From assembly GCA_040004335.1 (NCBI GenBank), contig JBDUBA010000490.1, forward strand, positions 2,317-66,316: a DNA stretch of 64,000 nucleotides, in the 5' to 3' direction. Under the pieces are notes generated by a model. The model saw only the letters and a program-made list of their open reading frames with translations. It made no database searches and was not told the origin of the DNA. This document shows, piece after piece, positions 48,221-57,134 of this stretch (position 1 is its first letter; each line of letters starts with the position of its first letter). The translations under genes were made by a program, and so were the position numbers. The DNA is from Gemmatimonas sp. (GTDB lineage Bacteria; Gemmatimonadota; Gemmatimonadetes; Gemmatimonadales; Gemmatimonadaceae).

Positions 48221-49663
48221 TTATACCAACGCCAGCAGCGTCTGTAACATTTCATCGGCAGTCTTGATCAACTTCGTGGCCGCCGTGTACGCCTGCTGCA
48301 CACGCAGCATCTGAATGAGTTCTTCGTCCGTATTCACACCACTCACCGATTGGCGACGCGTGTCCGCTTGCTCAACGAGCAGCGACGCGACAGTAGAATC
48401 ATCAGTCGCCGTGCTCACTTCCAGGCCAAGGCGTGTGGCAGTCGAACGGAAGAAGCTGAGGAAACTTCCGGTTTCGGTGGTGCTGCCGTTGTTGTAACTG
48501 ACGGCGGTGGAGTCATTTCTGAGCGCCGTCATTGCATTGGCAACGGAGTTGTCCAGTGGCGCGTTTGCATCGCCGCTGGCGGCAATGTTGTTGATGTCAT
48601 TGGCAACGGCCGAGCTCAACTTGATCGTCGCAGCGGTAACCGGCGCGCCCACAGTTCCCGGGTCAAAGAAGTTGCCAGCGGCTGTACCAGGCAGCGAACC
48701 GTTAAAAACATACCCCGCCGTATGCGCCGCATTTACCGCCGTCGCAAGCGACGACGCAATCGTGTCGAGACGCTTCCGCATCTCCGGAATGTCCTTGTTG
48801 ATGACATCGACCATCGCTTTGAGCTGACCACCTAACGGCGTCAACGGGTCGACGCTGTTGCCGAGCGTGATCTTGATCGCAACGTCGGGCGTTGGAACGG
48901 TTGGGGGCGGATTCGGGATCACGAGCTCCAACTTCAGTGGACGCGCGGTATTCCCATCAACCAGCGTTGAATTACCAATCTGTACAACGACGGTATGGTC
49001 GGTTTGCGGAATGACGCGCGTACCCGCCATGGTCGACAACTTGTCGAGCAACAAGTCGCGCTGATCGGCCAGATCGCCCGACGAACCGCCGGTGCTCTCC
49101 GCTTGTGAAATGCGCGTATTCAGATCGGCAATTTGCGTCGCCATCTGATTGATATCGCCAACCACACTCTGCAACCGGTCGAGATTGAATCCGCGCTGTT
49201 GGTTGAGCCCCGCATCATACGTGTTCAGCAATCCCGCAACCTGCGTGCCGCGTTGCTGCACCACAGCCCGCGCCGCCTGGCTACTGGGTGTGGACGCCAG
49301 ATCACTCCACGAATTCCAGAATTGATCGAACCCGTTGGTCAGCCCAGCATCCGTGGGTTCACCAAGAATGTCTTCAATAGATGATAAGGTTCCTTTCCGA
49401 AGATCGGCTTCGCCAGCTTGTCCACTGGCCTGCCGGAATCCTTCGTCCAGGAAAATCTCGCGTTTCCGAACGATCGCAGTCACGCTGACACCAGTACCGA
49501 CCATGCCATACGACATGCGTACGGGAGTGTTGGCCGACAACACCGATTCCTGACGCGAATATCCTGGCGTCTCGGCGTTGGCGATGTTCTGACCGATGGT
49601 CTGCAGCACCTGCTGGTGAGCCAGCAGGGCGCTTCGTGAGATGCTGAATAGTCCGGAAGCCAT
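48221..49663 (-). CDS. flgK: flagellar hook-associated protein FlgK
   Basis: GQNIANAETPGYSRQ, GTGV, DQRD, SVSGVNTDEEL..QQAYTA. Confidence 0.95.
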   Translation of the reverse strand: MASGLFSISRSALLAHQQVLQTIGQNIANAETPGYSRQESVLSANTPVRMSYGMVGTGVSVTAIVRKREIFLDEGFRQASGQAGEADLRKGTLSSIEDILGEPTDAGLTNGFDQFWNSWSDLASTPSSQAARAVVQQRGTQVAGLLNTYDAGLNQQRGFNLDRLQSVVGDINQMATQIADLNTRISQAESTGGSSGDLADQRDLLLDKLSTMAGTRVIPQTDHTVVVQIGNSTLVDGNTARPLKLELVIPNPPPTVPTPDVAIKITLGNSVDPLTPLGGQLKAMVDVINKDIPEMRKRLDTIASSLATAVNAAHTAGYVFNGSLPGTAAGNFFDPGTVGAPVTAATIKLSSAVANDINNIAASGDANAPLDNSVANAMTALRNDSTAVSYNNGSTTETGSFLSFFRSTATRLGLEVSTATDDSTVASLLVEQADTRRQSVSGVNTDEELIQMLRVQQAYTAATKLIKTADEMLQTLLALV

Positions 49664-49664
49664 G

Positions 49665-50210
49665 TTATGCCGTCCGGTTGACGAGGACGCCGCGGGCCGG
49701 AGTGGGCGCCATGCGCGCGCTGGCGTCGTTAGCGTACGTGGCGCCATGTTCCGGCTGTCCGACCAGCGTGCGAACATGCGCATCGTTGGACGTAATGGCT
49801 TCGCGCAACAGCTTCCGATTCATCCCCACTTCGCGCGCGAGAATATCGGCGGAGTGTTGCAGGCGTTGGCGCGCGTCGCGCAAACGACCATCCATGTTGT
49901 TACCCAGCAGCTCTTCCACCTGACGCAGCGTCGTTTCCGGGCTGCCGGAAATCAACACGTTCAGCTGGCGCCGACGCGTGCGCGCCTGGCCGAGTGTGGC
50001 GAGAATCCGGTGCGTGGCAAACGTGCTGTCATCAACGCCGTCAATGTCATCCGATCCAACGGCCGAACGCTGGTGGCGCATTTGCGCAATCAGATCGTCC
50101 AGCAATTTGCGTTCACTCACCAGCGCATCGTACAGTGCATCGAGCAACGCTGGTGCAACTGCGCCAGGTTGTGGTGCGATTGCGATGGGAGAAAGCAGTG
50201 TGGTTGACAT
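49665..50210 (-). CDS. flgN: flagellar export chaperone FlgN
   Basis: Helical protein immediately upstream of flgK; LxxERxLLxxL and NRKLL patterns. Confidence 0.75.
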   Translation of the reverse strand: MSTTLLSPIAIAPQPGAVAPALLDALYDALVSERKLLDDLIAQMRHQRSAVGSDDIDGVDDSTFATHRILATLGQARTRRRQLNVLISGSPETTLRQVEELLGNNMDGRLRDARQRLQHSADILAREVGMNRKLLREAITSNDAHVRTLVGQPEHGATYANDASARMAPTPARGVLVNRTA

Positions 50211-50596
50211 CAGCGACCAAGCGGATTGGAAGTTTGCACGTCCGTAACGGTGGATGAGGACGTCGGAACTCCCGTTTCACTGGCCGCCGGCAAACCTTTG
50301 CTCAGCTGACGATACAGCGCCTCGGAGATCCCTCCACCCCAATGACTTGGAGTTTCGGCAGCAAGGTGCTCATCCATCAGTCCCGTGAAGATTTCTTCTC
50401 CACTTCCGCCCGAAACAATACCTTCGTCGGTTGGAACGGTTTCGCGCATGGCCTTGAACATCTGTGAAACGAACAGTCCCTGCAGATCTGCGGCCGCTTT
50501 TCGAAGCTTCTTTTGATCAGCGGTAAGCACGGTTGAAGTAGTTGGTGCCGATGGTGAAACACTCCGAACCGGAGCTGTGATGGAAGCGATGTTCAT
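50210..50596 (-). CDS. flgJ: rod-binding protein (short FlgJ)
   Basis: KLRKAAADLQGLFVSQMFKAMRET...EEIFTGLMD...LYRQL. Confidence 0.85.
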   Translation of the reverse strand: MNIASITAPVRSVSPSAPTTSTVLTADQKKLRKAAADLQGLFVSQMFKAMRETVPTDEGIVSGGSGEEIFTGLMDEHLAAETPSHWGGGISEALYRQLSKGLPAASETGVPTSSSTVTDVQTSNPLGR

Positions 50597-51666
50597 CGAA
50601 CGATGATCTCCGCCGTAAAGGCACCGGCCTCACGAAGCGCCGATAGAATGGCCGCAATTTCGACGGCCGGTGTTTGAATGGCATGTAACGCGGACGCGAG
50701 CCGCTGGATTGACGTTCCCGACGGCAAACGGAGGTTACCAGCCGTAATGGTGTCGCCCTCCATCATCTTGTCGTTGCCAATCACCAATGTGACAACGCCG
50801 TGGCTGATAGACGCCGGACCGACCACCAGGTCGCCACCCGCGACCACCGTTCCATCCTTGCCGTCCACGATGATCCGCGGTGGTTTTTCCGCTCGCACCG
50901 AGAGATCGCGAATTTTGGCAAGCGCGGTTGGTTTCACAACGCTGTCGGCAAGCGTTAGCAGGACGCTGCCTTCGTCCTCGACCGTCGCTGTCTTGTCGCC
51001 GAATGCGCCATTGATCGCTGCTGCAATGCGAGTTGCGGTGCCAAGTTCGGGGTCGCGCAGCATCAAGCGTGATGAAGCGGCAATTGCCGGACGTGGAAGA
51101 TCGGTCTCCAATACGCCGCCCGTTGGAATACGCGCCGAAGTTTCGACCGTGCGAGCATAACGCGTTGTCGCGCCGCCTTCACTGATTAACATCGAACCTT
51201 GCGCGCTTGCAACGTTCTTGCCGCCAACGTCGGCCGACAACGGCGTCATGAACAGTGTGCCACCGCGCAACGAGCGCGCGTCACCCATCGACGACACGTT
51301 GATTTCAAAACGACCACCGGCGCGGAGATACGGTGAAACTTCGGCCGTGACCATCACTGCTGCGACGTTCCGCATGCGCATCATCTCGGCAGGCACTTCG
51401 ATATTGAATCGGCGGAGCATGTTCGCGACCGTCTGCACGGTCTGGCCGCCCGACTGTCCACCAATCGCACGATCACCCGTTCCATCCAACCCAACAACCA
51501 ATCCATAACCCATCAACCGAACTGGCAGCGCACCTTCCGCGGTCGTCAGATCGCGAATTTTCGCTTCCTGTGCACGCGCAAGTGCGGGCAACAACAACAC
51601 GCTCAGCACGACCAGCACGTACCACATCTTTCGCGCCGAAAATTTCGACAGGGTTTGCGTGATCAC
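50593..51666 (-). CDS. flgI: flagellar P-ring protein FlgI
   Basis: GYGLVVGLDGTGD, NVAAVMVTA, VSSMGDARSLRGG, GTVVAG. Confidence 0.96.
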   Translation of the reverse strand: MITQTLSKFSARKMWYVLVVLSVLLLPALARAQEAKIRDLTTAEGALPVRLMGYGLVVGLDGTGDRAIGGQSGGQTVQTVANMLRRFNIEVPAEMMRMRNVAAVMVTAEVSPYLRAGGRFEINVSSMGDARSLRGGTLFMTPLSADVGGKNVASAQGSMLISEGGATTRYARTVETSARIPTGGVLETDLPRPAIAASSRLMLRDPELGTATRIAAAINGAFGDKTATVEDEGSVLLTLADSVVKPTALAKIRDLSVRAEKPPRIIVDGKDGTVVAGGDLVVGPASISHGVVTLVIGNDKMMEGDTITAGNLRLPSGTSIQRLASALHAIQTPAVEIAAILSALREAGAFTAEIIVR

Positions 51667-52388
51667 GGCCAGATCGCTCCAAGCACCTTGCTGATGATGC
51701 CCTGCTTTGGCTTGGTCAGGTTGCCTGGCGAGGTGTAACCGATGGTCGCGTCGGCAATCTTCGCAGATTCAATCATGTTCTGCTGCGAAATGTCCTGCGA
51801 ACGCACCCAGCCCTTCAGCGTGATGTCCTGAATGTTCTTGTCCACGTTGATGTTCTTGGTGCCCATGACCTGCAGCAATCCGTTTTGTCCAACCGCTACC
51901 ACGCGGACACTCATTTCATTCTGGAAACGATTCTCGCGTTTGGCCGAACCACGTTCGTTCTGGGAGGCGTCGTTGCGTGTATCGAGACCAACACTCTTCG
52001 ATGAAGTTGGCAAACGCGCCGCGAGACTCAGTCCGCGCGAACGCGTATCGCTGGATACGTTTTCCTTGAGTGCGGTAGTAATCGTGTAGTCGTCAATTAG
52101 AATCGTGACGATGTCGCCTACCGCATAGTCACGGCGATCAGCAAAGAACGATTGACGCCCGGTCGAAGCGGCAACGGCCTGGCCCGCCGGACCGGTTGTA
52201 CCGTTCACCGCAACTCCGGGCGCGGCGGCCGCGGGCGGACTTGTTGGTGTCTGCGCATGCAGCGGTGCAGCAACAAGGGCAGCCGCAGTCAACGCCACGA
52301 TTGCAGCGGTGCCGAGTTCCACAACAACACCGCGCACTGGCGCGCGCATGCGGGAATTCATGGTTGTTCTCAGGATTGAAATATTCAT
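51663..52388 (-). CDS. flgH: flagellar L-ring protein FlgH
   Basis: FADRRDYAVGDIVTILI, NGLLQVMG.K, GWVRSQDI..N.IES.KIADA; position between flgA and flgI. Confidence 0.88.
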   Translation of the reverse strand: MNISILRTTMNSRMRAPVRGVVVELGTAAIVALTAAALVAAPLHAQTPTSPPAAAAPGVAVNGTTGPAGQAVAASTGRQSFFADRRDYAVGDIVTILIDDYTITTALKENVSSDTRSRGLSLAARLPTSSKSVGLDTRNDASQNERGSAKRENRFQNEMSVRVVAVGQNGLLQVMGTKNINVDKNIQDITLKGWVRSQDISQQNMIESAKIADATIGYTSPGNLTKPKQGIISKVLGAIWP

Positions 52389-52401
52389 GATGATGTCCGG
52401 C

Positions 52402-52902
52402 TCAACGGAGACGTACGGTGTTCGGTCCAACGGCGATTCCGTCGAGCCGGCGATTCCTGTCAATGCGGACGCCAACTGGTGCGCCCAAGGCTGCGTTGTT
52501 GGTCGCGGTTCCGGTCAGCGTCAAGTGCACGTTCCCGTCCTGCCACAATGCCTGTACTGTGCTGCCCAGCGTTATCACACTCGACCGCGCAATTGACGGG
52601 CCGTGCATGAATTCGCCTTGCGCAATCGGACGGCGCGTGATCCATCCAGCGACCGCCGTCATGGTATCGGCCGATGGCTGTTTCCATTGCCACACCACGA
52701 CGGTATCCACCAACACGAAGTCACTTGACTGCAACGTTTCGCCGCGCAACAAAGCGCGTGTTGCTTTCGGCCACGTCCTCGTCGCGGTGCCTTGCGCAGA
52801 CGCACCCGTCGCACTGAGTATCAGGAGCAGCACCGTCGCGAGTACACCCACGAGCAGTGACGTCACGAAATTCGAGTCGAGTGGTGCGTGATGGCGCGTC
52901 AT
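52402..52902 (-). CDS. flgA: flagellar P-ring chaperone FlgA
   Basis: SAF-like ATRALLRGETL and ITRRPIAQG; C-terminal GTA...GAPVGVR; position between flgG and flgH. Confidence 0.8.
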   Translation of the reverse strand: MTRHHAPLDSNFVTSLLVGVLATVLLLILSATGASAQGTATRTWPKATRALLRGETLQSSDFVLVDTVVVWQWKQPSADTMTAVAGWITRRPIAQGEFMHGPSIARSSVITLGSTVQALWQDGNVHLTLTGTATNNAALGAPVGVRIDRNRRLDGIAVGPNTVRLR

Positions 52903-52904
52903 GA

Positions 52905-53693
52905 TTACCGCGTCATGTTGTTGGCGATCTGTCCCATTTCGTCGGCCTGCTTGATCGCCTTCGAATTGATTTCGTACGCGCGCATGGCGGCAATCATCTC
53001 CACCATTTCCTGCACGATTTCAACGTTGCTTCCTTCAAGTGAACCCTGCATCGTTTTACCCATCCCTTCTTCATCTGGAAAGCCGGTTACCGGTTCGCCC
53101 GAAGCGGGCGTTGCCCTGAACAGGTTCTGACCCATCGTTTCCAGCCCCGACGGATTCGCGAAACGCGCCAGCTCAATGCGGCCAACTTCAGTCGGCTCGG
53201 TATCGGTGCCTTTAACGACCGTTACCACGCCCGCCGACGAAATCGTCAGCTCTTTGGCATCCGCTGGGATACGAATCGCGGGATCAAGTCCGTACCCATC
53301 AGTCGTTACGATCTCGCCCTGATCCGAAATTCCAAAACTGCCGTCACGCGTATACGCGCTCGTTCCGTCGCGCAGTTTCACCTGAAACATGCCTTCGCCT
53401 TCGATACACACATCGAGATTGCGATTGGTGGTTTCAATGATGCCTTGTTCGTGTTGACGCTGGACCGCCGCAAGGCGAACACCGCGTCCAACCTGCACCG
53501 ATGGTACGATGTTGGCGTCCTGTGTACCAATCACCGACTGCCCCTGGATGGTTTGGTACAGCAAGTCCTCAAAGTGCGCGCGACTGCGTTTAAATCCGGT
53601 CGTGTTCACGTTGGCCAGGTTATTGGCGATGACTTCAGTGCGGATTTGTTGCGCCATCATGCCAGAAGCGGAAGCGCGAAGTGCTGGATCCAT
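52905..53693 (-). CDS. flgG: flagellar distal rod protein FlgG
   Basis: ANNLANVNTTGFKRSRAHFEDLLYQ, YTRDG, LEGSNVEIVQEM..RAYEINSK. Confidence 0.96.
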   Translation of the reverse strand: MDPALRASASGMMAQQIRTEVIANNLANVNTTGFKRSRAHFEDLLYQTIQGQSVIGTQDANIVPSVQVGRGVRLAAVQRQHEQGIIETTNRNLDVCIEGEGMFQVKLRDGTSAYTRDGSFGISDQGEIVTTDGYGLDPAIRIPADAKELTISSAGVVTVVKGTDTEPTEVGRIELARFANPSGLETMGQNLFRATPASGEPVTGFPDEEGMGKTMQGSLEGSNVEIVQEMVEMIAAMRAYEINSKAIKQADEMGQIANNMTR

Positions 53694-53782
53694 ATCGTGA
53701 GTTCCTGTTGACAGACTTGAAGAGAACGGTGCTGGTGTCTTGAAAAAACGGCGTGGGGAATTGCGAACGAACGGGACGGGCC

Positions 53783-54490
53783 TTACACGACCTTGGCGAG
53801 ATCGTTCACGGCGATGCCACGAATCGCGTCTATTGTGGCAACCATTTTTTGTGCAGAACCATACCGATGCATCACTTCAATCATCTCGCTCATCGTCGCC
53901 ATGGTGTTCACGTTGCTTTCTTCAACCGAACCCTGATGGACTTTGCGATCTTTCAATGCGATCGAGTGGCGCGCGGCGAGCGGCGCTGAAAGTGATCCGT
54001 TGTCGTGTTCCAGCGGCGTTTTCGGATCGACTGTTTCCAATCGCAATTGCGCGAATGGTTTGGTGTCCATGCACAACTGTCCACTCTCCGTCACCGTGAG
54101 CGCGTCACCGCGCGGCACAGTGATCGGTCCATCCTCACCCAGCACCGGGTTTCCGGATGCGTCAATCAGTTGGCGATCGGCATCAAGGCCGAACGTGCCA
54201 TCGCGCACGAGACGTTCATCGCCTCCGCGCTTGACCACGAAAAAGCCGTCGCCCTGAATGCTCAGGTCGAGCGGGTTGTGTGTTTCGGTGATGCTGCCCT
54301 GAGTGAGATCGATACCGGTATCAGTTGCCGCGATCGCATCGCCAATCAGGCGTGCAAACGACGTCTCGGCCTTGAATCCACGCGTGTTCGCGTTGGCCAG
54401 GTTGTTTGAGATGATTTGCTGTCGGCGCTCAAGCATCTGCATGGCGGAGGCAGCGCTGGTCAGACCGTTTGTGCGAATCGGTACGGGCAT
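53783..54490 (-). CDS. flgF: flagellar rod protein FlgF
   Basis: SNNLANANTRGFK, THNPLDLSIQGDGFF, RDG, QGSVEESNVN; upstream of flgG. Confidence 0.88.
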   Translation of the reverse strand: MPVPIRTNGLTSAASAMQMLERRQQIISNNLANANTRGFKAETSFARLIGDAIAATDTGIDLTQGSITETHNPLDLSIQGDGFFVVKRGGDERLVRDGTFGLDADRQLIDASGNPVLGEDGPITVPRGDALTVTESGQLCMDTKPFAQLRLETVDPKTPLEHDNGSLSAPLAARHSIALKDRKVHQGSVEESNVNTMATMSEMIEVMHRYGSAQKMVATIDAIRGIAVNDLAKVV

Positions 54491-54572
54491 CGGGCGTCTG
54501 GTTGGAGGCGTTGGAGTTTCCTGGCCGATCGGCCGGATCACCCAAAACGGAGCTCGCTACGCCACCCTAAAA

Positions 54573-54588
54573 CGCAACGGTCGGGCCA
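54573..54588 (-). promoter_or_regulatory. sigma-54 -24/-12 promoter candidate for the flgF operon
   Basis: Minus strand TGGCCCGACCGTTGCG matches TGGCACG-N4-TTGC with exact GG/GC spacing. Confidence 0.7.
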
Positions 54589-54687
54589 AACTGGCCCGAC
54601 CGTTGAAGATACAGCTAAGCTATTGTGCCCAAACAACTTAACCGCACCTATCCCAACCGAAGGCACCCCCCGTGCCAACCGTTGAGA

Positions 54688-54721
54688 CGGCAATTCATGC
54701 CGTTGGCGGCTGGAGTTGCCG
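54688..54721. promoter_or_regulatory. two CGGCA-N5-TGCCG palindromes (putative enhancer sites)
   Basis: CGGCAATTCATGCCG (54688-54702) and CGGCTGGAGTTGCCG (54707-54721), 100-133 bp upstream of the sigma-54 site. Confidence 0.6.
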
Positions 54722-55399
54722 CGCGCCAAACGAACCCATCGAGATCACCATTGCCACTGCGTCGAGCGACAAACCGGTCCGACGCGCAATGTCGGCCGGG
54801 CTGCTGCCCGACTCGGCCAATGCTGCGACCGCTTTCGGAGTACGGCTCCCTTTTCCCGCTACCAGCTTGACGGGAAGCAGCGCGGCCGAGCGTTTGTCCA
54901 AGCGTTTTGATGACACCGCATTAGCCAACACGCTCTCGTCCGGCCGACGACGCCGCCAAAACCAAATACCCGCCATCAACAGGACGGCGCCGATGTCGGC
55001 GTACAGCCAGGCAATCCTCGGAACGCGACCCACCGCGAGCAGCGCATCGTCCGCCAATTCCGCCGCATCATGCTTGAATGCGACAAAGCCGGTCCGACGA
55101 TGGGGAACCAGAGCGAGTTCGCCACCTGCTTTCGTCGCTGCGATCACTTGCGCCATTGGTTTGTATGGTGCGACGATTGCAACAGAATTCGCGGTCATTG
55201 GGTCGCCATCGGCTTGGCCAACCGCGCCGCCGGTTCCCTCAGTTTGAGTCGCGTTCGAATTGCTGAACGTACGATCCATGAACGGTTTTGCGCGTGACAC
55301 CGCCGGGGCAATCACAACAGCGCCCACAATAGTTCCGCCAACGATCACGCCAACCGTCATCACAGCGTACGTGAGCACTGTGCGCATTGTCTTGTTCAT
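54695..55399 (-). CDS. membrane protein with C-terminal HTH-like motif, downstream of fliA
   Basis: ATGA overlap with the fliA stop; two TM segments; GSSPADIARRTGLSLDAVAMVI. Confidence 0.65.
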   Translation of the reverse strand: MNKTMRTVLTYAVMTVGVIVGGTIVGAVVIAPAVSRAKPFMDRTFSNSNATQTEGTGGAVGQADGDPMTANSVAIVAPYKPMAQVIAATKAGGELALVPHRRTGFVAFKHDAAELADDALLAVGRVPRIAWLYADIGAVLLMAGIWFWRRRRPDESVLANAVSSKRLDKRSAALLPVKLVAGKGSRTPKAVAALAESGSSPADIARRTGLSLDAVAMVISMGSFGARQLQPPTA

Positions 55400-56184
55400 G
55401 CAACGCTCGCACGCAGAGGCCGGAGCTCAACGCGCAACTTGCTCAACGCCTTCGAGCGAATCTGCGACACGCGTGATTCGGTCAGCTCGAGCACCTTTGC
55501 AATTTCGTGCAACTTGAGCTCTTCGAAGTAGTACAGCGAGAGCACGATGCGTTCCTGTTCCTTGAGGTTCACGATCGCGTCCTTGAGGAACTTCACTTCC
55601 TGTTCGTGTGTGAGCGCATCTTCGACATCGCCGTCGTCTTCGCTGCTCAATACTTCAACCGGTGATGGCGCGTGGCTCTCGCGTTCGCCAGGAGCGCGAT
55701 CGAGCGAAATGTGATGCGCCCCTTCAATGTCGGCCTGCCAGCGCCACAACGTGGCGACGTCAACTCCCAACTGCTCCGCAACGTGTTTGTCGTCGGGCGA
55801 GATGCCGGTTGCACGCATGAGCGCTTCGCGCGCCGCAGCAATCTCGCGCGTCTTGCGACGGATCGAGCGCGGCACGTGGTCTTGTTTGCGCAGTTCGTCG
55901 AGAATGGCGCCGCGAATGCGCGGTGCGGCAAACGTGCTGAAGGCCAGGCCGCGTGAAGAGTCAAATCCTTCCAGAGCGGACATGAGGCCCATCGTTCCAG
56001 CGCTCACCAGTTCGTCGAAGTCAGCGCGCACCGCGAGCGTGCGGGACATCTGGCGGGCGACGTGATGCACCAGGCCCAGATGTTCTTCGAGCAGGCGATT
56101 ACGAGCGGTAATGTTGCCAGCCTGATACGACTGCCAAAGCTTGGAGTTCACGACGGGAGTACGGGACGGAGTCAGGATAGGCAC
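55396..56184 (-). CDS. fliA: flagellar sigma factor FliA (sigma-28)
   Basis: DELVSAGTMGL, FSTFAAPRIRGAILDELRKQD, LYYFEEL..EIA.VL.LTESRVSQI; GTG start inferred. Confidence 0.95.
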   Translation of the reverse strand: MPILTPSRTPVVNSKLWQSYQAGNITARNRLLEEHLGLVHHVARQMSRTLAVRADFDELVSAGTMGLMSALEGFDSSRGLAFSTFAAPRIRGAILDELRKQDHVPRSIRRKTREIAAAREALMRATGISPDDKHVAEQLGVDVATLWRWQADIEGAHHISLDRAPGERESHAPSPVEVLSSEDDGDVEDALTHEQEVKFLKDAIVNLKEQERIVLSLYYFEELKLHEIAKVLELTESRVSQIRSKALSKLRVELRPLRASVA

Positions 56185-56186
56185 TG

Positions 56187-57134
56187 TCAGAGACCAAGGC
56201 GTGAGGAAGTCGTATCGGTTCGCGCACGGAGCGCGAGCTCGTAAGCAGCGTGTGCAGCAGGTGATCCGGCTGCAGCGTCCAGGAAGGGCATTCCTGCGCG
56301 CATCACAGCGTCCAGCGTTGAATCGAGTGGAACCGCACCGGCATACTGAATCGGGCATGTCGGCAGGAATTGACGCGCGCCCTGTGCGACGGCTTCAAAA
56401 CACTCACGGGCTTCTTCGGTATCGTGTCGATTCACAACCACGTCGATCTTGAGTTCGGAGTAGCGATGGTGAACGGCTTTGCATAACGCGAAGGTTGCAG
56501 CGAGTGCGATCGGATCCTTTCCCGACATCACCGCGACTACTCTCTCATGCATTTGTGGTGCCACAGCGGCGAGCAGTGTTTCCAGACGTGATCCGCAGTC
56601 GACCACGACCAAATCGTGCCCCTCACCAAGCGCACTGACGCGGCGTAAACACGCGCGACGTTCGGCCGCATTGGGGGTGGTATTCACATCAGCGGCCGCA
56701 CGACGCGGCGCACCGCCGGCTACGAGTGTGAGAGAGGCAGAAACCGGTGTTGCAACGTCGCGAATTTGTACGCGTCCGCCGCGCAAGTCCTGCCATCCCG
56801 CCCACGGCTTTACGCCCAACAACATCGACTGCGGACCAACCAGATCATCCGCGTCAACGAGCAATACGCGACGACCATCTCCGGCCGCAGCGACGGCAAT
56901 TAATGCCGCTATGAGTGACGTGCCACTGCCACCTCTTCCGCTTGCGCAGAGAAACGTTGGGACTGCACTTCCACCGTTCACGCGCGTACCAGGCGTACCG
57001 AATGCAGCGTTGCGAATCATCGCGTCCGCTTGCGTCGCGTTCACTGCCAAATGCGCAGCCTGCGGCACACCCGAATGCGAAACATTCGGCGTCACGCGTT
57101 GCAAACGCGAAGGTGTTCCGGCCAACGTGCTCAC
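56187..57134 (-). CDS. flhG: FlhG/MinD-like protein with deviant P-loop
   Basis: Lies between flhF and fliA; SGRGGSGTS, VLLVDAD, VVVDCG, VVVN. Confidence 0.75.
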   Translation of the reverse strand: MSTLAGTPSRLQRVTPNVSHSGVPQAAHLAVNATQADAMIRNAAFGTPGTRVNGGSAVPTFLCASGRGGSGTSLIAALIAVAAAGDGRRVLLVDADDLVGPQSMLLGVKPWAGWQDLRGGRVQIRDVATPVSASLTLVAGGAPRRAAADVNTTPNAAERRACLRRVSALGEGHDLVVVDCGSRLETLLAAVAPQMHERVVAVMSGKDPIALAATFALCKAVHHRYSELKIDVVVNRHDTEEARECFEAVAQGARQFLPTCPIQYAGAVPLDSTLDAVMRAGMPFLDAAAGSPAAHAAYELALRARTDTTSSRLGL

